Origin: Gemmata obscuriglobus
GTDB lineage: Bacteria > Planctomycetota > Planctomycetia > Gemmatales > Gemmataceae
Direction of reading: 5' to 3'
DNA length: 32,000 bases
Assembly: GCF_008065095.1 (NCBI RefSeq)
Contig: NZ_CP042911.1
Coordinates: 5,040,001 to 5,072,000 of the forward strand
Positions 26,110-32,000 of this stretch are shown here, one piece after another. A model generated the notes under the pieces. It did no database searches, was not told the origin of the DNA, and was given only the letters and a program-made list of their open reading frames with translations. A program made the position numbers and the translations under genes. The number at the start of each line of letters is the position of its first letter. The stretch's first letter is position 1.

Positions 26110-27627
26110 TTAGCACACTCCGTACAGGGCTCCGAATTTTTCATTCAGGTACGACAGGAACGGCTTCGGCGAGAGCGGCGCGCCGGTCGCTCGGCGGCAC
26201 AGTTCACCGGCCCTGAACCGCTGCCCGTGAGCGTAGACGTTCTGGTTCAACCACCCCTTCAGGCGCGAGAAGTCACCGCGCCGGAAGTCGTCGTCGAGCG
26301 CCGGCCCGAACTCGCGCCGCACCGCGTCCATCAGTTGGGCCGCATAGAGGTTCCCGAGCGTATAGGTCGGGAAGTACCCGATCCCGCCGAAGCTCCAGTG
26401 AATGTCCTGCAAGCAGCCCCGCGCGTCGTCCGGAACCCGAAGCCCGAATAGAGCTTCGAACCGATCGTTCCAGGCGCCGGGAAGGTCGGCCGGTTTCAGA
26501 TCGCCCGACAGCAGGGCCAGTTCGAGTTCGAACCGCAGCGCGATGTGCAAGTTGTAGGTCGCTTCATCCGCCTCGACGCGGATCAGCGACGGCTTCACCT
26601 CGTTGACGGCGAAGTAGAAAGACTCGGGCGCGACATCAGCAAAGGCGGCAGGAAACGTTTGCTTCAGCCGGGGGAAGAAGTGTTCCCAGAACGGCCGCCC
26701 GCGCCCGACCTGGTTCTCCCACAACCGTGACTGCGATTCGTGGATGCCGAACGAGCACGCCACACCAAGAGGCGTGCCGAAGTGCTTTGCGGGGAGGTTC
26801 TGCTCGTACATCGCATGCCCCGTCTCGTGGAGCACGCCGAAGAACGCCTCGTTGAAGAACTTCGGGTTGTAGCGGGTGGTGATGCGGCAGTCGCCCGGCC
26901 CGAACCCCGAGCAGAAGGGGTGCGCGGTCGTATCGAGCCGGCCGCCGGCGAAGTCGAACCCGATCGCCGCGGCGGCGGCCTCGGCGAACATCTTCTGGCG
27001 GTCGATCGGGAAGTCACGCTCCAACACACCCTTATCGGGCTGCTTCGGCGCGGCCACGATCTTCTTCACCAAGGGCGCGAGTTCGGCCGTGAGGCCTGCG
27101 AACAGCACTTTCAGTTCTGCGACCGTCGTTCCGGGCTCGTACTCCTCGATCAACGCGTTGTACGGGTGGTCGTTGAAGCCGACGGCGGCGGCCTCGTCGC
27201 GCTTGAGCTTCACCACCTGCTCTAGCAGCGGGCGGAAACTGGCGTAGTCGTTCTTCTTCTTGGCCTGCTCCCACACCTGCTGGGCCTGGGTGGTCACTCG
27301 GGCCAACTCCTCGACCAGCGCTTGCGGGATCTTGGTGGCGCGGTCGTACCCGCGGCGCCACTCGCGGACGTTCGCGCCCGCGTCGCTCTCGGGGTCGGTG
27401 ACGAGGTCCGTCCCCTCGACGGCCGCGAGCAGTTCGCCGTTCTTGGGGTCGGTGAGCTTCTGGTGCGAAAGAGCGGCCAAAAGGGCCATCTGCTCGCCGC
27501 GCAGCGCGGCGCCCTTCGCGGGCATGTAGGTCTGATGATCCCAGCCCAGGGCGGCGGCACACGAGTTCAGAACGCCGAGTGCTTTCGAGCGGCGGAGGAG
27601 TTCGGAGTAGCTTTCGGCGGCGGTCAT
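26110..27627 (-). CDS. carboxypeptidase Taq-like metallopeptidase (M32 family)
   Basis: Start at MTAAESYSELL with AGGAG 6 nt upstream, giving 505 aa. HETGHAMYEQ is the HExxH motif, followed by IHESQSRLWEN and DIHW. The upstream part of the 647-aa track ORF overlaps the opposite-strand gene and looks non-coding. Confidence 0.9.
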   Translation of the reverse strand: MTAAESYSELLRRSKALGVLNSCAAALGWDHQTYMPAKGAALRGEQMALLAALSHQKLTDPKNGELLAAVEGTDLVTDPESDAGANVREWRRGYDRATKIPQALVEELARVTTQAQQVWEQAKKKNDYASFRPLLEQVVKLKRDEAAAVGFNDHPYNALIEEYEPGTTVAELKVLFAGLTAELAPLVKKIVAAPKQPDKGVLERDFPIDRQKMFAEAAAAAIGFDFAGGRLDTTAHPFCSGFGPGDCRITTRYNPKFFNEAFFGVLHETGHAMYEQNLPAKHFGTPLGVACSFGIHESQSRLWENQVGRGRPFWEHFFPRLKQTFPAAFADVAPESFYFAVNEVKPSLIRVEADEATYNLHIALRFELELALLSGDLKPADLPGAWNDRFEALFGLRVPDDARGCLQDIHWSFGGIGYFPTYTLGNLYAAQLMDAVRREFGPALDDDFRRGDFSRLKGWLNQNVYAHGQRFRAGELCRRATGAPLSPKPFLSYLNEKFGALYGVC

Positions 27628-27705
27628 CTGCGGCTCCTGTACGAACCCGAGTCGTTCGGGTAATGTCGGTGTACGGAGCGAGACGCGAAGCACCGAGGGC
27701 ACCGC

Positions 27706-28287
27706 ATGGCGGGTAAGCTGGTCACGATCGCGACGTTCGAGCAGGGCGCGCGCGCCCACCTCGCCCGCGGGGTGCTGGAAGAGGCCGGGATCAGGGCGAC
27801 GGTTACGGACGAAGCCGTTGTTACAATGGACTGGCTGCTGGGCGGCGCGGTGGGATGGGTAAAAGTGCAGGTACTCGAAGAGGACGCGGACCGAGCCGTA
27901 GCGGTTCTGGAGGAAACGCTGGGTGCCGAAACCGGCCCGGTGGATGAGGCGGCATTGGCAGCAGAGGCCGAAGCCGCCGGGGAAGCGGACGCCGCCGAAA
28001 GGCCGCAGCCGGAACCGGTAGCAATTGTGCCGATTGACGCAGCCGGGGCCCAACCTCCATCCGAGCGAGACGAGTACGCCCGACGGGCGTTTCTGGCCGC
28101 ATTCTTCGGGTTGATCGTTCCGCTATTGTGGTTTTACGCACTGTACCTGTTCCTGAATGCGGCGTTCGGAACCGGGTCCATCAGCCCGCGATACAAGAAC
28201 CGGCTGCTCGCCATAGGCGCGTTACTTGCCATCGGTTTTTTCACCGCCATGTACCTGATTGCCCTGTACCGAGACCCGTTCCCGTGA
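27706..28287 (+). CDS. DUF2007-like N-terminal domain protein with C-terminal membrane segments
   Basis: LVTIATFEQGARAHLARGVLEEAGIRATVTDE resembles the 'putative signal-transducing' DUF2007 fold. An acidic Ala/Glu linker follows, then two hydrophobic helices. The stop overlaps the mnmE start (GTGA). Confidence 0.6.
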   Translation: MAGKLVTIATFEQGARAHLARGVLEEAGIRATVTDEAVVTMDWLLGGAVGWVKVQVLEEDADRAVAVLEETLGAETGPVDEAALAAEAEAAGEADAAERPQPEPVAIVPIDAAGAQPPSERDEYARRAFLAAFFGLIVPLLWFYALYLFLNAAFGTGSISPRYKNRLLAIGALLAIGFFTAMYLIALYRDPFP

Positions 28288-29639
28288 GCCTGACTGCGAC
28301 TGCCGCTCCCCACCCCGGCGACACCATCGTTGCACTCTCGTCTGCGCCCGATCCCGGAGCGCGAGCGATCGTGCGCGTGAGCGGTCCGAACGCGCGTGCG
28401 GTGGTCGCGCGAGTGTTTGCGGCGGAACCGCTCCCCACGTCCCCCGGCTCGCGCCGGTTCGTTCGCGGCGTGCTGCGACTCAGCGGCGTGAGTTCGCCGC
28501 TGCCCGCGGTGCTGTACTTCTTTGCCGGCCCGAAGTCGTACACCGGCCAGGACCTGGCAGAACTGCACCTCGTCGGCTCGCCGCCGCTGGTGGAGCGGCT
28601 CATCAGTGACCTGCTGTCAGCCGGCGCGCGGCCCGCGCGGCCGGGCGAGTTCACGATGCGGGCATTCCTCGCGGGTAAGAAGGACCTGCCCCAGGCGGAA
28701 GCGGTGCAGGCGGTGATCGAGGCCGGCACCGACTCCGACCTCTCGGCGGCACTGGAGCAACTCGCGGGCGGGGTGTCGCGCCCGCTGGATGCCCTCCGTG
28801 ACGACCTGCTGAACCTTCTCGCCGACGTGGAAGCCGCGCTCGACTTCGCCGACGAGGACATCGAGTTCGTCACGCAAGCCGCGACCGTTGCGCGGGTGCG
28901 CGGCGCGGTTGAACATCTCGAAATGGTGCGGAAACAACTCGACGCCCGCACCCTGTCCGGACGTTCGGTGCGGGTAGCACTGGTGGGCTTACCGAACGCG
29001 GGCAAGAGCAGCTTGTTTAACGCGCTGGCGAGCGGTGCGGCACTGGTCAGCCCGGTCGCCGGCACCACGCGGGACTACCTCACGAAGCCGCTCGCCCTCG
29101 CCGGCGTGCCGGTCGAACTGGTCGACACCGCCGGCTGGCTGGACGCCACCGACACGATTGAGGAGCAAGCACAACGACTCGGAGCCGAGCAGGCAACGCG
29201 TGCGGACGTGATCGTGTGGTGCGACGAGTCGGGCGCGTTTGGCGCTCGGGACAAAACCCACCTTCGCGCGACGGGGGCGGAGCTACTCAAAGTGCGCACG
29301 AAAAGCGATTTGACGAGTGAGGTTTCGGAGGGCCAGTCGCTCGCCTGCTCGGTCATTGCACCCGGCGGACTCGACTTGCTGCTCGCCGCACTAGTTGACG
29401 CCGCGACCTCGCTGACGCGCTCGGCGCTCGCGCCGAGCCAGAGCCGGTGCCGGGGGCACGTGCTCGCGTGCCTTGAGCACTTGTGGGAAGCGGAAACCCT
29501 GGCAGCGCGCGGCGAGCACCCCGAGTTGCTCGCGCTGGCGCTTCGCGGCGCTCTGGAGCCGCTCGGCGAGATGACGGGGGCCATCTACACCAACGATCTG
29601 CTTGATCGCATATTTTCGCGATTCTGCATCGGGAAATAG
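28284..29639 (+). CDS. mnmE: tRNA uridine-5-carboxymethylaminomethyl modification GTPase
   Basis: DTIVALSSAP..AIVRVSG is at the N-terminus. The G-domain motifs are GLPNAGKSSLFNAL, DTAG and TKSD. The C-terminus is the canonical FCIGK. A GTG start is chosen. The track ORF start at 28128 overlaps the upstream gene. Confidence 0.9.
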   Translation: MSLTATAAPHPGDTIVALSSAPDPGARAIVRVSGPNARAVVARVFAAEPLPTSPGSRRFVRGVLRLSGVSSPLPAVLYFFAGPKSYTGQDLAELHLVGSPPLVERLISDLLSAGARPARPGEFTMRAFLAGKKDLPQAEAVQAVIEAGTDSDLSAALEQLAGGVSRPLDALRDDLLNLLADVEAALDFADEDIEFVTQAATVARVRGAVEHLEMVRKQLDARTLSGRSVRVALVGLPNAGKSSLFNALASGAALVSPVAGTTRDYLTKPLALAGVPVELVDTAGWLDATDTIEEQAQRLGAEQATRADVIVWCDESGAFGARDKTHLRATGAELLKVRTKSDLTSEVSEGQSLACSVIAPGGLDLLLAALVDAATSLTRSALAPSQSRCRGHVLACLEHLWEAETLAARGEHPELLALALRGALEPLGEMTGAIYTNDLLDRIFSRFCIGK

Positions 29640-29706
29640 TTTCTCCGGATCGGCAACGCGTCCAGAGAACCGAAGTTGTCACACCGCCAATTTTCCTGTG
29701 TCAAAG

Positions 29707-30645
29707 ATGCAGCCCCCACCCGGCCGACGTGGCGGGGGTGGACGTGGACCCGGGAGTAGCGTCGTGTTCAACCCGTTCACGGAGGTCATCGACGAGTCCG
29801 ATGACCTCGCCCTCGTCGAATCGGCGAGGGGCGGCAGCCTGGAGGCCCTGGAAAAGCTCGTCCTGCGGCACCAGGCGTGGGTGTACAACGTCGCCGTCCG
29901 CATGGTCTTCCACCCGCAGGACGCTGAGGAGGTGACCCAGGAAGTGCTCATCAAGGCCGTCACCCGGCTGAGCACGTTTCGGGGGGAGAGCGCGTTCCGC
30001 ACCTGGCTCTACCGCATCGCTACGAGCCATGTACTGAACATGAAGCGACGCGGCGGCGAACTCCGACCGCAGACGTTCTCGTCCTATGCGGCGGCCATCA
30101 ACGACACCCCCGATCTGGACCTGCCCGACCCGAAGAGCGTGCCCGTGGACGTGCCGCTGCTCGTTGAGGAGGCCAAACTGACTTGCACGACCGGGATGCT
30201 GATGTGTCTCGACCGCAAGCAGCGGCTCGTGTTCACCCTCGGCGAGATCCTCGGCACCAGCGACACCGTCGGCGGCGAGGTGCTGGAGATGTCGGCCGAC
30301 AACTTCCGGCAAAGTCTGACCCGCGCCCGCCGCGACCTTTACCAGTTCATGCACGGCCAGTGCGGCTTGGTGAACGCGAACAACCCGTGCCGGTGTCCCA
30401 AGAAGACGAAGGGGTTCATCGCCGGCGGCCACGTCGATCCCGACCACTTGCTCTTCGTTCCGCTGCGCGTCCGGCGGATCAAGGACGTTGCGGCCGACAC
30501 GGTGCGCGAGATCGAGGACGTTCTCGACCGCAAGTACGCGGCCCTCTTCCGTGAGCACGCGTTCCTCGAACCGCCCGATCAAGTCGCGTGGGTCCGCCGG
30601 GTTCTTGACGGCCCCGACATCCGCACCGCCTTGCACCTGGATTGA
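29707..30645 (+). CDS. ECF-type sigma-70 factor with ~95-aa C-terminal extension (H-x2-C-x8-C-x-C)
   Basis: Region 2 is [29 protein letters not shown]. Region 4 is [53 protein letters not shown] follows, then a further ~80 aa. Confidence 0.8.
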   Translation: MQPPPGRRGGGGRGPGSSVVFNPFTEVIDESDDLALVESARGGSLEALEKLVLRHQAWVYNVAVRMVFHPQDAEEVTQEVLIKAVTRLSTFRGESAFRTWLYRIATSHVLNMKRRGGELRPQTFSSYAAAINDTPDLDLPDPKSVPVDVPLLVEEAKLTCTTGMLMCLDRKQRLVFTLGEILGTSDTVGGEVLEMSADNFRQSLTRARRDLYQFMHGQCGLVNANNPCRCPKKTKGFIAGGHVDPDHLLFVPLRVRRIKDVAADTVREIEDVLDRKYAALFREHAFLEPPDQVAWVRRVLDGPDIRTALHLD

Positions 30646-30712
30646 ACATTTCTCCCCGACAGTTGTCACAGTCGATCTCCCGGCGTGTCTACGGGTGCAA
30701 GGAGGTCGAACC

Positions 30713-31468
30713 ATGTCAAAACTGCAAGACAAAGTGGCCCTGGTGACCGGGGCGTCGAAGGGGATCGGGGCCGGCATCGCCCGGGAACTGGCCGTCGCCG
30801 GGGCGGCCGTCGTGGTGAACTACGCCAACGACCAGAGCGGCGCGGACGCGGTGGTTGGCGAGATCATTCAGGCCGGCGGCCGAGCCATCGCGGCTCCGGG
30901 CGATGTGTCCAAGGCAGCCGATGTGGCCCGACTGCTGGCCGAAACCCGACGGGCATTCGGCGCGCTCGACGTGCTCGTGAACAACGCCGGGGTCTACATG
31001 CCGATGCCGCTGGAGGCAGTCACCGAGGACGAGTTCCACCGCGAGTTCGACACGAACGTGCTCGGACCGCTGCTGGTCATCCGGGAGGCACTCAAGCTCT
31101 TCGGGCCGCACGGCGGCAGCGTCATCAACATCGGCTCCGGCGCCTCACGGATGTGCCCGCCCGGCTACTCGGTTTACGCGGCCTGCAAGGCGGCTCTGGA
31201 CGCCATCACGGGAGTTCTGGCGAAGGAGTTGGCCCCGCGGAAGATCCGCGTGAACTCGGTCAATCCCGGTGCCACGCTGAGCGAGGGCACCAAGGCCGCG
31301 GGCCTGTACGGCACCGGCAGCGAGTTCGAAAAACAACTGGTCGCAATGACACCGCTCGGCCGCATCGGCATGCCACAGGACATCGCGAGGGTCGTGGCGT
31401 TTCTGGCGTCCGACGATTCCGCCTGGCTGACCGGCGAGGTCATCCTCGCTTCCGGCGGGCTGCGGTAG
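30713..31468 (+). CDS. SDR family oxidoreductase (FabG-like short-chain dehydrogenase)
   Basis: GGAGG lies 7 nt upstream of the [19 protein letters not shown] and the catalytic YAACKAAL (YxxxK) are present. Confidence 0.9.
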   Translation: MSKLQDKVALVTGASKGIGAGIARELAVAGAAVVVNYANDQSGADAVVGEIIQAGGRAIAAPGDVSKAADVARLLAETRRAFGALDVLVNNAGVYMPMPLEAVTEDEFHREFDTNVLGPLLVIREALKLFGPHGGSVINIGSGASRMCPPGYSVYAACKAALDAITGVLAKELAPRKIRVNSVNPGATLSEGTKAAGLYGTGSEFEKQLVAMTPLGRIGMPQDIARVVAFLASDDSAWLTGEVILASGGLR

Positions 31469-31497
31469 ATCGCTTCAACCACTCACGAGGGGAACGG

Positions 31498-31971
31498 ATG
31501 AACCGGTTCGTGCTGAGCATGGTGTGCGGGGCAGTGGCGGGTGTGGTCCTTGCGGACGAACCCAAGGCTGACGCCAAGAAAGCCGCGGTCGAGAAGGCAC
31601 TGAAGGTGTTCACGGGCACCTGGGAGATCGTCACCGTGACGCCGGACGGGGCGACGAAGGACGCCCGGCGGCTGGTGTTCAACAAGGACGGCACCTACGC
31701 GGCCCAAGACAAGGACGGGAAGGAACTCTGGGCGGGGACGTTCGAGATCGACCCGACGGCGGCCCCAAAGGTGTGGGACCACCGGTCGCACGACGCGAAG
31801 AAGACGGGCGCGGACGTACTCGGCATCTACGAACTCGACTGTGACAAGTTGAAGGTGGCCTGCGTGGTCGGGCAGTGGAAAGACAAGCAGTGGACCGGCA
31901 AGGCGCGCCCGAAGTCGGTCGACCCGAAAACGGCGGATGTGGTGATCGAGATGAATCGGGTCAAAGGGTAG
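31498..31971 (+). CDS. secreted TIGR03067-like (planctomycete-specific) domain protein
   Basis: Signal peptide MNRFVLSMVCGAVAGVVLA. FTGTWEIVTVTPDG, LVFNKDGTY, GTFEIDPTAAPK and GIYELDCDKLKVA resemble the TIGR03067 pattern. Confidence 0.65.
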   Translation: MNRFVLSMVCGAVAGVVLADEPKADAKKAAVEKALKVFTGTWEIVTVTPDGATKDARRLVFNKDGTYAAQDKDGKELWAGTFEIDPTAAPKVWDHRSHDAKKTGADVLGIYELDCDKLKVACVVGQWKDKQWTGKARPKSVDPKTADVVIEMNRVKG

Positions 31972-32000
31972 GTCAGGGCGAAGTTAGAACGTCGAGAGTT

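Noticed and set aside
27628-28053. N-terminal 142-aa extension of the M32 carboxypeptidase ORF
   Set aside because: It overlaps the plus-strand DUF2007-like gene. M32 homology begins at MTAAESY (27627), which has a good AGGAG site.
28128-28283. Upstream extension of the mnmE ORF
   Set aside because: It overlaps the preceding gene in another frame. The MnmE N-terminal motif begins just after the GTG at 28284.
29701-30777. 358-aa minus-strand ORF
   Set aside because: It is antisense to the ECF sigma gene, and its composition is not protein-like.
30685-31497. N-terminal 271 aa of the 428-aa track ORF
   Set aside because: It is an Arg/Gly-rich out-of-frame shadow of the SDR gene. The real gene begins at the ATG at 31498 with a signal peptide.
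1-32000. Checked the whole window for CRISPR arrays, rRNA/tRNA, tmRNA, RNase P or SRP RNA motifs, transposases/integrases, toxin-antitoxin pairs, known defence systems and biosynthetic clusters
   Set aside because: I found no spacer-repeat periodicity, no conserved ncRNA core motifs and no recombinase or defence-associated domains in any frame. This was a by-eye search, so divergent elements could have been missed.

Overview
This is a 32-kb bacterial chromosomal segment, roughly two-thirds G+C. It holds about 31 protein-coding genes on both strands, one probable gene remnant and several strong intergenic hairpins or palindromes. I see no rRNA, tRNA, CRISPR array, transposase or integrase. The family content (a DUF1559 'H-X9-DG'-type protein, DUF1080, TIGR02996-like and TIGR03067-like domains, two ECF sigma factors, a Ser/Thr kinase) suggests Planctomycetota, probably a Gemmata-like organism; this is inference. 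Main blocks: (i) a split Phe/Tyr-to-homogentisate catabolic cluster (phhA, hppD, then FAH-family hydrolase, small unknown ORF, hmgA), interrupted by an opposite-strand periplasmic rhodanese plus PiT-family permease pair; (ii) rlmN, ECF sigma and anti-sigma on the minus strand; (iii) assorted amidohydrolases, oxidoreductases and small secreted or membrane orphans; (iv) ispH; (v) a Ser/Thr kinase plus a DUF1559 lipoprotein; (vi) M32 carboxypeptidase, mnmE, a second ECF sigma with a Cys/His C-terminal extension, an SDR and a TIGR03067-like protein. Most of this is ordinary metabolism and housekeeping, and I do not see a clear multi-gene novel system. The most unusual signal is a small ORF whose start overlaps the FAH stop, lying between the FAH hydrolase and hmgA. 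Its coding signature continues through an in-frame TGA that is followed by a SECIS-like GGUC-loop hairpin. It could be a selenoprotein or readthrough gene, or a disrupted gene. It sits where the pathway's missing maleylacetoacetate isomerase would be expected. Start codons are my best guesses: the ORF track begins at the first ATG/GTG/TTG, which is often too far upstream in this GC-rich DNA.
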